64,000 nucleotides of DNA from a virus. Below, piece by piece: positions 39,836 through 49,175 of this stretch; positions within the stretch are counted from its first letter, which is position 1, and each line of letters opens with the position of its first letter. Made by a program: the position numbers and the translations under genes. The notes under the pieces are model-generated. The model was given only the letters and a program-made list of their open reading frames with translations. It was not told the DNA's origin and did not search any database. The DNA lies in the IMG/VR virus record IMGVR_UViG_3300025592_000986. One strand, 5' to 3'.

Positions 39836-41455
39836 TTATTTTCTCCTCACTAACAAATCGAGATCATAAAAATATAAATAATCTATTTCTGTACCTAGGA
39901 AGCAACTTATCGCGTGCTCTGGTGTTTCGCAGATGGGTTCTCTGTCGTTGAAGCTCGTGTTCAAAAGGACGGGGACACCACTTTTTTCGTGCCACTTCGT
40001 CAAAAGGTCGAAATACCACTCGTTATCATTCTTGGTCACTGTCTGGAGTCTTGCTGAGCCATCAAAATGAACCACAGCAGGAACCTTGTCTCTGACTTCT
40101 TCCTTGAATTTTATAACAAAGCTCATATATGGGCTGTCTTCCTCTCTCTCGAACCACTTGGAGACTTCGCTTCTAAGAATCGAGGGAGCAAAAGGTCGGA
40201 ACCATTGGCGGTGTTTCACCTTTTCGTTTATAATATCCTTCATCTTTTTGCTTCTCGGGTCAGCAAGAATGCTCCTGTTGCCAAGTGCACGGCGGCCGGA
40301 CTCCGAACCACCTCCATAGACTGCCACGATTTTTTGATCGTCAAGAAGATCTACAACCTCTGAGACACTCGACTGAGAAGTCTCGATCTTATCTTTCATC
40401 GTCTCGATAGTTGGCAAAATTTTACTCTTGTGGTCAGCACCAAGGTATGGAGTGTAATTATCTTCCCAAGTTATTCTCGGATTGTCCAAGATAGAATGCC
40501 ACAAAAACTGGGCTGCGCCGATGGTTAAGCCACCATCGTGTGGTGTGGGGGTTACGTATAAACTTTGGTCAGCAAACCACTCAAGGCATTTGCCCATAAC
40601 AACTGAGTTGAGTGAGACGCCGCCTGCAAAACATATATTATCGCACTGGTGCTGGTCTACGAACTCGGACAACAAGGAGTGCAGATACCTTTCCGTTGCG
40701 GCTTGAAGCCCAGCAGCCAAATCAAACTTCTCCTGCTCGCTTGAATTGGCAAGGTCTGTCCACTTGCCGAGATATGGATGACGAGGGTCTGTGCCTACAT
40801 TTGCGCCTCGTGGTTGACCGGATGGTTTATAAGAAGCGGCCTGTGAGTCTCTCTCAAGCATATTGTAGAAGTCGAAAAAGTACTTATGCTTATCTCCCAT
40901 AGCGGCCATCGCCATAACTGTTCCAGCCTGATGGCCCGTTGGCCATCCAGACTGCATTCCAAAAACATATCTAGTTACGCGGGTCCAAACGCCGCCGATG
41001 TTAACTTGGCTGATAGGAAACACTTTTATCGGCTTTATCTTGTTCCCCTCACCTTCCCAGACAGTAAATGCGGTGATTGAACCATTCTCGTCTTCCATTC
41101 CGCCGCCGTCCATAGTGAATATCAGGGCCTTATCGAAGTTGCTGGAATAGAAAGCATTCGCCGCGTGGGCTTGATGGTGACTTATTACGTGCATCTTTCC
41201 GCCGTTATCTGCGATGATGCCCTCTAGTTTGCTTAGAGAATCCGGGTGTTGCTTCAGTTTTTTGAAAGAAAAGTTTGTAATAAAGTGCTTGACGTCGCTA
41301 ACGTCGCCCATTTCGTCAAACATAAATTGCACACCGTCACCGGCAGGCTCTTTCTCCCTAATGTATCTTTCATATTCTGCGTGGATTACAGGTCGTCCAC
41401 CATCCAAAATACAAAAAGAGCAGTCGTGACCTGACCAGGCGCTTGCAATCTTCAT
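39836..41455 (-). CDS. O-carbamoyltransferase (NodU/CmcH/TobZ family)
   Basis: GHDCS, ERYIREK, HHQAHAA, AGGVSLN, GRRALGNRSIL, RPFAP, HFDGSARLQTV, LLNTSFN. Confidence 0.93.
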   Translation of the reverse strand: MKIASAWSGHDCSFCILDGGRPVIHAEYERYIREKEPAGDGVQFMFDEMGDVSDVKHFITNFSFKKLKQHPDSLSKLEGIIADNGGKMHVISHHQAHAANAFYSSNFDKALIFTMDGGGMEDENGSITAFTVWEGEGNKIKPIKVFPISQVNIGGVWTRVTRYVFGMQSGWPTGHQAGTVMAMAAMGDKHKYFFDFYNMLERDSQAASYKPSGQPRGANVGTDPRHPYLGKWTDLANSSEQEKFDLAAGLQAATERYLHSLLSEFVDQHQCDNICFAGGVSLNSVVMGKCLEWFADQSLYVTPTPHDGGLTIGAAQFLWHSILDNPRITWEDNYTPYLGADHKSKILPTIETMKDKIETSQSSVSEVVDLLDDQKIVAVYGGGSESGRRALGNRSILADPRSKKMKDIINEKVKHRQWFRPFAPSILRSEVSKWFEREEDSPYMSFVIKFKEEVRDKVPAVVHFDGSARLQTVTKNDNEWYFDLLTKWHEKSGVPVLLNTSFNDREPICETPEHAISCFLGTEIDYLYFYDLDLLVRRK

Positions 41456-41833
41456 CTAATCTCCCTTTATCACTCTGTGTGAGTCTTCGTCAAAATGTTC
41501 CGTAGAGAATTCAAACAATTCGCTATCTTCTATCGCATACATTTGGTGTCTAAGACCCCTATATACGTGAAAAGCTTGTCCAGGTAATAGTGTTAACTCT
41601 TCAGCATTGTTTATATCATCTTCTTCGGAATATTTTATCAACATTTTTCCAGATTGTAAGTAGAAGACTTCATCTTTTTTTACGTGATAATGCCAAGAGC
41701 ATCTCTTACCAATTTCAAAGTATAACAATTTGCCGCAATATTCGGATTTGTTCACTATCCATTTTTCGAAACCCCAGCCTTTTTTTACGAATTTGATATC
41801 TTGTATGTGCGTATCACTCACTGAAGTAGGCAT
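41456..41833 (-). CDS. Cupin protein, sugar isomerase-like
   Basis: KGWGFEKW, YCGKLL, CSWHYHVKKDEVFY, LRHQM, FEFST. Confidence 0.8.
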   Translation of the reverse strand: MPTSVSDTHIQDIKFVKKGWGFEKWIVNKSEYCGKLLYFEIGKRCSWHYHVKKDEVFYLQSGKMLIKYSEEDDINNAEELTLLPGQAFHVYRGLRHQMYAIEDSELFEFSTEHFDEDSHRVIKGD

Positions 41834-42134
41834 CGTGATTTACCCCCTTATCATCTATGTAAATATCTCCAGATGGTTTGCCAAGAAACAAGCTGTGATA
41901 TTTAACACCCCAAGAATTTAACTGCTCTCTGGTGAAATCATAAAAAAGTTTTGTCGCCGTGACTGGATCATCTTTTGTTCTGCCCATACCCCTGGCGGTA
42001 TAGAAAACTATTTCGTTTCCCCGTTCAAAAAGATCGTTGATGTGTCGTATTCTTCTTTCGTACGGCGATGCCTTGGAATAGTCACCCTCAGTGGTAGTAC
42101 AAATTGTACCATCAATATCAAAAACGTACTTCAC
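41814..42134 (-). CDS. Small HAD-superfamily phosphatase (capsule-biosynthesis phosphatase-like)
   Basis: FDIDGTIC, YTARG, GKP, YIDDK. Confidence 0.88.
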   Translation of the reverse strand: MKYVFDIDGTICTTTEGDYSKASPYERRIRHINDLFERGNEIVFYTARGMGRTKDDPVTATKLFYDFTREQLNSWGVKYHSLFLGKPSGDIYIDDKGVNHDAYFSE

Positions 42135-42934
42135 GACACTTCCCCCAGGCTTGGTGCATAGTTTCCAAACTTTTGTACAGAGATGGCTGCGACTTTGTTC
42201 GCAAAATCAATCGCAGTTGAGATGCTAGAGAAAGACATATAGTGCGTCACGAAGGCAGACAAAAAAGTGTCTCCTGCGCCGCAGACGTCAAAAACTTCTG
42301 TTTTGACCGTAGAATATATATCGTCCCTGTACATTGCGCCCATTGCGCCCAAGGTCGTCACCATTTCACAGTTAGTAGGGTACTTAGTGATCTTTTCATA
42401 TTCTGACTGGTTTAGTTTTATCACGCAACCTTCGAAACAAGTTAGATCCGTCTTTTTCGTGTCAACAAATATCGGCTTGTTGTAGTGTCTGGCCAAATCG
42501 ACTAGATCCCTACAAGCACTGCTGGGTAGAAAACCTTTGTTATAGTCGGATATAACCAAACAATCGTAGTCTTCCAGACTGCCAACTCGGTCATCGAACG
42601 CATCGAATCCTGAATTTATCCTTAGAGGTTCTATCTTTTCACTCTCCCCCCTGTCGACTCGGAGGATATGCTGCATATTCCTACTGCAAACGTACCTCTC
42701 CTTTCTTATCTCTTCTAGATTCGTGATTATGGTGGTTTCGTTGCCCAAACTATTTAAGTTCGTGGCTACGTTTAGTGCCATCCCAGGCTTGGATTCTGAT
42801 TTTTCGATCTTCAGTATAGGTACTGGTGCTTCAGGGCTTATTCTATCGCAAGTGCCGTAATTGTAGACATCAATGCAGGAGTCACCTACCACCAAAATTT
42901 TTGATTGCTTTAGTTGATGAATATCCTTCAACAT
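42131..42934 (-). CDS. hldA: Heptose-7-phosphate kinase, HldE/RfaE domain I (PfkB family)
   Basis: VVGDSCID, RISPEAPVPIL, ISDYNKG, FVDTK, DVCGAGDTF. Confidence 0.9.
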   Translation of the reverse strand: MLKDIHQLKQSKILVVGDSCIDVYNYGTCDRISPEAPVPILKIEKSESKPGMALNVATNLNSLGNETTIITNLEEIRKERYVCSRNMQHILRVDRGESEKIEPLRINSGFDAFDDRVGSLEDYDCLVISDYNKGFLPSSACRDLVDLARHYNKPIFVDTKKTDLTCFEGCVIKLNQSEYEKITKYPTNCEMVTTLGAMGAMYRDDIYSTVKTEVFDVCGAGDTFLSAFVTHYMSFSSISTAIDFANKVAAISVQKFGNYAPSLGEVS

Positions 42935-43274
42935 AATTAAAAATAATTGTCGTCCCTACCTCTGCGTAGCCAACGACATCCTCCTTCTTGTAATCTCCAC
43001 CTTTCACAAGTATATCGGGTTTTACTTGATTAATCAAGTTTAATGGTGTATCCTCGCTAAAAAGTATTACCTCGTCAACATACTTACAAGACTCTAAAAG
43101 AAACTTTCGATCTTTTTGATTATTGAATGGTCTATTTTCGCCTTTTAAACGCCGTATGCTGCTGTCAGAGTTTAACCCTACCACGACATACCCCAGAGAC
43201 TTACAGTGCCTCAGAAGCTCGATATGGCCCCTGTGAAGCACGTCAAAACACCCATTAGTGAACACTGTCTTCAT
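42882..43274 (-). CDS. hldC: Heptose-1-phosphate nucleotidyltransferase, HldE/RfaE domain II
   Basis: VFTNGCFDVLHRGH, GLNSDSSIRRLKGENRP, LVKGGDY, GYSST. Confidence 0.92.
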   Translation of the reverse strand: MKTVFTNGCFDVLHRGHIELLRHCKSLGYVVVGLNSDSSIRRLKGENRPFNNQKDRKFLLESCKYVDEVILFSEDTPLNLINQVKPDILVKGGDYKKEDVVGYAEVGTTIIFNYVEGYSSTKAIKNFGGR

Positions 43275-44104
43275 ATGCTGATAAGTTTTCTCGTTTTAGT
43301 AATAATTTCTGAATAATTATGATTCATTACTTCTGAAAAACACTCATCACACTTCACTTTCAAGCCACAAGGGCCGTGCTTGCCAAGATTGATATTTACA
43401 TTCTGAGGGTATGCGACCATATCAGGGTGCTGATATCCGGTTATGACAACGACCGAAGTCGTGTCTACTGTGGTGGCAGCGTGAACTAGCCCACCTTCAG
43501 AGCTTAGAAAAGCCTTTGATTCTCCGATGACCAGGGCAGCTTCCCTGAAGCTCGTCTTGCCTCTGAAATCTGTGACATTGTTCAGAAGTCTCGATGCAGG
43601 TGCCCCAAGCTGTACCATAGTCACATCTCTTGAAAGATCATTTACAACCTTCTGCCATTTAGCAAAGGGGTATTCTCTATTCGGAGTGTAATTTGTTTTA
43701 GATACGGGCTCGATAGTAATAAAGACGCCAAGATCAGATACGAGATTTTTCACCTTGTCTCTTTCATAATTAGTGAAATACATTTCACACTTTAGCTCAG
43801 GGCTCTCAATTCCATAAAATTCACACATCTGCGCGATCATATGCTTGTCATACCTGTGGTGGGCCATCAGTGGGGTATCGGTTTTGCAATAGTTTGCTTG
43901 CGGATTGTTTAGAAACAGAGGAAACAGTCTAGACTTTTCGTCCGTTTTTGCGATATACGGGTTGTTTTCGAATACTGGGCTTCTGACAAACTTTGTTATG
44001 TTTTTGCCGTCACCCTCGCAAGGCAATATTTTTATATCTTCGTCAATCTTTTTCTTAACTTCTCTAGCGACGGCTGTCCAAGCCAAATAGCCTCCAAGAC
44101 CCAT
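43271..44104 (-). CDS. Glycosyltransferase family 9 (heptosyltransferase-like)
   Basis: MGLGGYL start, REYPFAKW, DFRGKTSFREAA, SSEGGLVHAA; adjacent to hldA/hldC. Confidence 0.8.
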   Translation of the reverse strand: MGLGGYLAWTAVAREVKKKIDEDIKILPCEGDGKNITKFVRSPVFENNPYIAKTDEKSRLFPLFLNNPQANYCKTDTPLMAHHRYDKHMIAQMCEFYGIESPELKCEMYFTNYERDKVKNLVSDLGVFITIEPVSKTNYTPNREYPFAKWQKVVNDLSRDVTMVQLGAPASRLLNNVTDFRGKTSFREAALVIGESKAFLSSEGGLVHAATTVDTTSVVVITGYQHPDMVAYPQNVNINLGKHGPCGLKVKCDECFSEVMNHNYSEIITKTRKLISI

Positions 44105-44113
44105 AGTAAAACC

Positions 44114-45073
44114 TCAACAATATTTATTCAAAAGAGTGTAGGCGTCGGCCGCATACCTCTTATAACCAGCGTGCCTAAGTATGTATTCTCTCGGCGATTC
44201 TTCAATGTTTAGAGTACCGTCTAAAAAGCTTTTAATTTTGTTAAAATACTCTTTGGCAGACCCCTCGTTCCTCTTTAGATAGAGATCCGTCATTCTATCC
44301 GTCCCGTGTACCCAAAACCTTTGGTCGAAGATGCTTGGCGTATTATGAGGAGATCCGATAATTGGAACGTCTAAGAACATCGCTTCGTACGTTGCGATGC
44401 CAGGACATTCATCAAGACTTAGATTTATGCAACATTTTGATTGCAAGAGTTTATCAAAGTACTCTTCCCTCTTATACTCGCCATAGTGAACTCTGGTAAA
44501 CGAAATATCGTTGTCTTCCAACATATCAATAAGATCATCGTGAAATTCCAGATAATTGTCGTCGTATCTCCTCTTCTTGGAATAAATAAGGCAATCATAC
44601 TTGATGTTCTTGTTTTCTATAAGGGATGGGTCTATATCGAAAGTGACGCACTTGTCTAAATAGTCAGCTTTGTGAACAAGGTCTTTCCTCAAGAACTTTT
44701 TTACGTGGTCGTTATAAAACTGAACCTGATCGATGTACAGATCAAATTCTACATTCTCAACGAACCACTTGTCCCATTGGTCGTGTGGGCCATAATCTGG
44801 ATAATCCAAAAGAACGTTTGGGCCAAAAACAAACTTTTTGTCTGGGCAATGGTGCTTTAGTTGATTATAAAGATTTGGATCAAAACCCTTTGCATAAAAC
44901 CAAAAAACATCATACCTCTGTAATCCTTGAACACCTATTTGTCCAATGTCCCACAATTCATCAACAGAAATATTCTTGTGCTTGCTCAGTGCATCAACGT
45001 GGTGACTGAAAGTTAGGCCAGGGCCACGATCGCCGCCTGGTTTGGCGCACATTAATATATTATAGTTCTTCAA
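44114..45073 (-). CDS. Putative GT-B glycosyltransferase
   Basis: RGPG N-terminus, DECPGIATYEAMFLDVPII. Confidence 0.7.
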   Translation of the reverse strand: MKNYNILMCAKPGGDRGPGLTFSHHVDALSKHKNISVDELWDIGQIGVQGLQRYDVFWFYAKGFDPNLYNQLKHHCPDKKFVFGPNVLLDYPDYGPHDQWDKWFVENVEFDLYIDQVQFYNDHVKKFLRKDLVHKADYLDKCVTFDIDPSLIENKNIKYDCLIYSKKRRYDDNYLEFHDDLIDMLEDNDISFTRVHYGEYKREEYFDKLLQSKCCINLSLDECPGIATYEAMFLDVPIIGSPHNTPSIFDQRFWVHGTDRMTDLYLKRNEGSAKEYFNKIKSFLDGTLNIEESPREYILRHAGYKRYAADAYTLLNKYC

Positions 45074-45824
45074 TCTGCAATACTCTCAGTTTATCATAGG
45101 GTTGCTTCGACACGAGGACACTCTCTATCCTAAGCTGTTCACTTCTGTGAACCTTGTCAACGGATATGGGATTTTCTTTGTTGTATATATACATCACCTT
45201 TCCGATAGCGATGAAGTGTTCTTTACCGGACATCTCGATCATCGGATACATTATAACCCTATCCCAAGTAAATTTAAAAAAGTCACCGTCTTCATCCAGA
45301 AAATCCTGTTTTTGGATTGACATAAACAACTCTCTTTTAAATGTTCTCAAATGAGAGAAGGACCAATGTTGTTGTCTAATGTTTTTATCCCAGTAGTCTT
45401 TTGGTATGCTTGGCCTAACTATCCTGCCGCCCACACTCTCAAGGTAGGATCCTGCAGTTATCCAAACGCTTTCATCTTGGTATACAGAATTCAGTTCTGA
45501 CAGTACGTTCTTGTTCGCCAACCAATCGTCGCCATCAAGAGCTACAATAATTGAGCCCGGTTTGGCGCAATCCACTGCGGTGTATAGATTCGGGAGCGCT
45601 CTTAAGTTTTCAGAATTGTTGTAATATTTGAGAATACCCTTTTTCGAGTCCCAAGATTTTAAGCACTTGTCAACAATATTTTTAGTGTTGTCAGTCGAAG
45701 CATCGTCGATGTATACCAAATCATAATTGTCGTAGGCTTGGTTTATCGCAGAGTTCACGTTCTTCTCTGCCCAGCGCTCATTGTTGTAAGACAATATAAT
45801 TATAGTAAAGTGTTTACTCTTCAA
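45060..45824 (-). CDS. Glycosyltransferase family 2
   Basis: IIILSYNN, YIDDASTD, LDGDDWL. Start moved to TTG 45824 after GGGAG. Confidence 0.88.
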   Translation of the reverse strand: MKSKHFTIIILSYNNERWAEKNVNSAINQAYDNYDLVYIDDASTDNTKNIVDKCLKSWDSKKGILKYYNNSENLRALPNLYTAVDCAKPGSIIVALDGDDWLANKNVLSELNSVYQDESVWITAGSYLESVGGRIVRPSIPKDYWDKNIRQQHWSFSHLRTFKRELFMSIQKQDFLDEDGDFFKFTWDRVIMYPMIEMSGKEHFIAIGKVMYIYNKENPISVDKVHRSEQLRIESVLVSKQPYDKLRVLQIEEL

Positions 45825-47904
45825 ATGCATTCTCCCAGAAAAATGCAGGTCTAGACAATAAATGCTCCACAATACTATTTGGGGCGGTCGACTCGAACCA
45901 AGACTCGGTTGCGTGCTGAACGTTATCATTGAGTTCTAATTCACAGCCAAGAAGCTTCGCTTCAATCACGAGTCTCGGGCAGGTGTCTAACCCTCCAGGC
46001 TTAAAACACAGGCCTTTAGCTTGTGCCAATTTTTCAAGGAACTCTTCTGGCTTAAGGCCATCCACTACCTCGTACTCTAGACTGTTTTGGATACACCAAT
46101 CTTCCGATTCTTGTACACCCTTCACCCAGGAGGTTGAGCCCATAACGAGCCATTTTGTCTTTTTCTTGTTTTTGTACTTGTCTCTAAGTAAATCAACATA
46201 TCTAAAGAAATCTTTATCAAAAAGAGAGGACAATACGTGAAAATTATCACTCCTGATATCTGGCAATGAAGCCTTATGTATTGCCATTTGCTTTTCCGAC
46301 ATAAAGAATACAGCAGAAGCATTGTTACAGAATTCCAGCATCATTTTGCCTTGGTCTGTAGACTCATATTTGCAGGCTTCTCCCTCTACCATTTCATACA
46401 ATGCTGGGTTTCTATGCTTGCAGAACTTATAGTCAAACTCTAAAAATGAATACTGTATATCATACTTCTTAACCAACTCAAATGATTCCGCAGACATTCT
46501 AGATGTGTTTCCAAAAATCCACTTTTTGCTTTTGTGCATTTTAAATATATCTTCGTTTAACAGTTCCGAGTTTACAGCACCTACGTGTTTGCTGGGGGAG
46601 CTTTGCATAACTGTCTGTAAGCTCAACTCTGCCCCGCCAGAATACTGACCTGCAAACATATCACTAACAAAGATGTAATCCGGCTCGTGTACCAAGTTGC
46701 TCGGCAGCACTGCCTCCACCATTCTTTTCTTTATCGCTTCTTCACTATGGTTCTTTAAGATGTTGTCTTTTAGGATCTTGGCCCAAGACTTATACATACC
46801 ATTGTTTTGATGCATCGCTCTTAGCTTCTTTTTGAAATCAACCTTGTTGGGGAAACACCACATACTGCTTGCGATGATTATGTCGCTCCAGACAGCCTCT
46901 TTTTGGACTGGTGCCAAGACGTAATCGACTCTTGCGAATAAAGGTTTCTTCCTGACCTTCCCATTTTTTCCTTTAATTGGCCCATACAGAAAATCCAAGT
47001 GACCGCTCCAACCAGGTGCAACCACAGGTAAGCCGTTGTAAGACGCTTCAAATAGCGGCAAACCGTAACCTTCCCCGTGAGTAGCACTCACCAGAGCTTT
47101 GATCTTTGGATGCTGATAAAGGGAATTCAATTCCTTCTTACTCATGTTGCCGTGCAAGAGGTATATACTACACAGACACCCTTCGCCAACATCATCGATT
47201 AGTTCGTTCAGCTTCCTGATAGTGTTTAATCGATCCATTACAGAATTCTTTGCAAGACTAGTTTTGATTACAAGTCCTACCTCCTGGTCCTTAAACTCTT
47301 CAGCAAACCACCTTATCGTGTTTTCAAGGTTCTTCCTAATCGACCACTGAGCTACAATAAGAAAATTAAAGTCATCTTTCAATTCTATATCGAACTCTGG
47401 GTCTAGTTCCAGTGTCCTATGCGGGTACGGAACTACTTTGACGGGGGCACCGCAGGCTACTTCCTGTACGCCGCCGCCTTCAACATCGAAAGGATGCTTT
47501 GTGTTTTCAAAAGCCCATTTAGCGAACTCAGAAGGAACAACTATTGCATCCATCTGATGTGAATTTTCAATCCACTTCTTTGCGACCTTGGTAGTCTCGA
47601 TTCCAGCAGTGACGTGAACCGCATACTTACCTTTTCTCTGAAATTCGTTTGGAATTCCTACGTGGACGTGTATATCGAAAAAATTAGCATCTTTCGGGTC
47701 ATATTCCTTATTAACCAAGGAGTCGATCCAATTTCTCTCCTCTTTGTTGCCCAAAATCCAATTTGTGGAGCCCCAGTTTAAAGGACTAACATATATGTCC
47801 AGGACATCTTCTCGGTCCCTCAAAGATCTCAGCACGAGACGTGCGTGTTCTCCGTATCCCGACTGAGTGAGGACTGGACCTTCTAATAAAATTTTATATC
47901 TCAT
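45814..47904 (-). CDS. Two-domain glycosyltransferase (GT4-like fused to a second GT-B domain)
   Basis: SGYGEHAR, RKN, GEGYGLPLFEA, WSGHLDF; second domain GGAELS...DTCPRLVIEAKLLG. Start at ATG 47904 (ATGA overlap). Confidence 0.85.
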   Translation of the reverse strand: MRYKILLEGPVLTQSGYGEHARLVLRSLRDREDVLDIYVSPLNWGSTNWILGNKEERNWIDSLVNKEYDPKDANFFDIHVHVGIPNEFQRKGKYAVHVTAGIETTKVAKKWIENSHQMDAIVVPSEFAKWAFENTKHPFDVEGGGVQEVACGAPVKVVPYPHRTLELDPEFDIELKDDFNFLIVAQWSIRKNLENTIRWFAEEFKDQEVGLVIKTSLAKNSVMDRLNTIRKLNELIDDVGEGCLCSIYLLHGNMSKKELNSLYQHPKIKALVSATHGEGYGLPLFEASYNGLPVVAPGWSGHLDFLYGPIKGKNGKVRKKPLFARVDYVLAPVQKEAVWSDIIIASSMWCFPNKVDFKKKLRAMHQNNGMYKSWAKILKDNILKNHSEEAIKKRMVEAVLPSNLVHEPDYIFVSDMFAGQYSGGAELSLQTVMQSSPSKHVGAVNSELLNEDIFKMHKSKKWIFGNTSRMSAESFELVKKYDIQYSFLEFDYKFCKHRNPALYEMVEGEACKYESTDQGKMMLEFCNNASAVFFMSEKQMAIHKASLPDIRSDNFHVLSSLFDKDFFRYVDLLRDKYKNKKKTKWLVMGSTSWVKGVQESEDWCIQNSLEYEVVDGLKPEEFLEKLAQAKGLCFKPGGLDTCPRLVIEAKLLGCELELNDNVQHATESWFESTAPNSIVEHLLSRPAFFWENAFEE

Positions 47905-49163
47905 AATACCTTCAAAAACTCCCAACTTTTGTGCTTTCTATTCGACCAAGACCCCTTGCTTTCGAAAACTCTTGTCAATTCCTGGTCCCACTGGCTTACA
48001 TAGGAGTCGAAACCGTAATTATTTAAAACGTGCTGACGGCCCTTCTTGCCAAGCTCTTCTCTGTCTTCTTTCGAGGTGTTGTACATCTTATCCAGTGCCG
48101 CTGTAAAATCTTCTTTAGAAACCCTGTCCTCATAGATGTACGGAACATCCTGAGAGCCTATGATCGCTTTCGAGGCGGGCTCTATTCCAATACCAAACCA
48201 CTCGTTGCCGTCAGTGACCTGTTCTTGCATACCACCTGTCATATTTACGATTATTGGTGTCTCTGTAGCTAAAGACTCCAAGGTGCCTAGCCCAAAACCT
48301 TCTGCATCGGAAATGTTTACTGTGCAGTCTGCAACGTTGTACAATACGGACAGTTCAGGCATACCGACCTTTTGTACGGACAATACGACGTCATTTTCGG
48401 CGTTTAGTTCGTGAATTATTGCATTAAGATCTTGCCCGTTTGAATCGTTCGGTTCTGTGTGCATAATAAACAAAACTTTGTCTTCGCCAATCTTCTTGGC
48501 CCACTCGGCGAACCACCACAGAACCGAGCCAGACATTTTTCTTCTAGCGTTTCTATTATTCCAAAAGAATATAAACTTCTTGTCACCGTTCTCGTCCAAA
48601 AAGGTTTCGTTCGCATTTATAAACTCTTGTGCTTCTTTTTCTGGTATCTTTGTAAAAATATCTGTGTTTACTGTGTGTGGTATGCGGACACAATCGACTT
48701 CTGGCGCTACAGTCCTAACAATTTCGTCCGTGACCTTACTTATGGTTGCGATCATATCATTGGACAGGTAGTATTGCCTGTTAAACTTCGGATGCGGAAA
48801 GTTGTCCCAAACGTGATAATAAACCAGGGATGCTACTGACCTTATTTCGTTCTCAATATCCCACAACCAGCCCCAAAATCTAGGGTCTGTCATAATCCAT
48901 ACAATATCCGGTTTAAAGTTCTGAACGAAAGATCTCAGTTGGTCCTGATTCCCATAACCATCAACTGGGTATATTATCCAGTCATCTCCATATTCTTCAA
49001 CTCTGATAGGCGTATAATCTGGGTGCCTAATTGCACCACCCATACAGACAAATTGATATTTTCCCGTCTTAAGCAATCCTTCAATCATATACCTAGTCTG
49101 CCCTGCCACACCAGAGGGTGCCAGGGGACTATCAGCTAGTACAAGAATCTTCATTTTGTCCAT
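47901..49163 (-). CDS. Glycosyltransferase family 4
   Basis: DSPLAPSGV, NRNARRK, EGFGLGTLES, TGGMQEQ. Confidence 0.9.
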   Translation of the reverse strand: MDKMKILVLADSPLAPSGVAGQTRYMIEGLLKTGKYQFVCMGGAIRHPDYTPIRVEEYGDDWIIYPVDGYGNQDQLRSFVQNFKPDIVWIMTDPRFWGWLWDIENEIRSVASLVYYHVWDNFPHPKFNRQYYLSNDMIATISKVTDEIVRTVAPEVDCVRIPHTVNTDIFTKIPEKEAQEFINANETFLDENGDKKFIFFWNNRNARRKMSGSVLWWFAEWAKKIGEDKVLFIMHTEPNDSNGQDLNAIIHELNAENDVVLSVQKVGMPELSVLYNVADCTVNISDAEGFGLGTLESLATETPIIVNMTGGMQEQVTDGNEWFGIGIEPASKAIIGSQDVPYIYEDRVSKEDFTAALDKMYNTSKEDREELGKKGRQHVLNNYGFDSYVSQWDQELTRVFESKGSWSNRKHKSWEFLKVL

Positions 49164-49175
49164 ATTTTGTTTTCC

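Noticed and set aside
26391-49163. Bacterial capsule/LPS locus or chimeric host DNA
   Set aside because: Genes overlap seamlessly with phage-type genes at the left boundary and abut them at the right. No export or polymerase genes, integrase or bacterial housekeeping context were seen.
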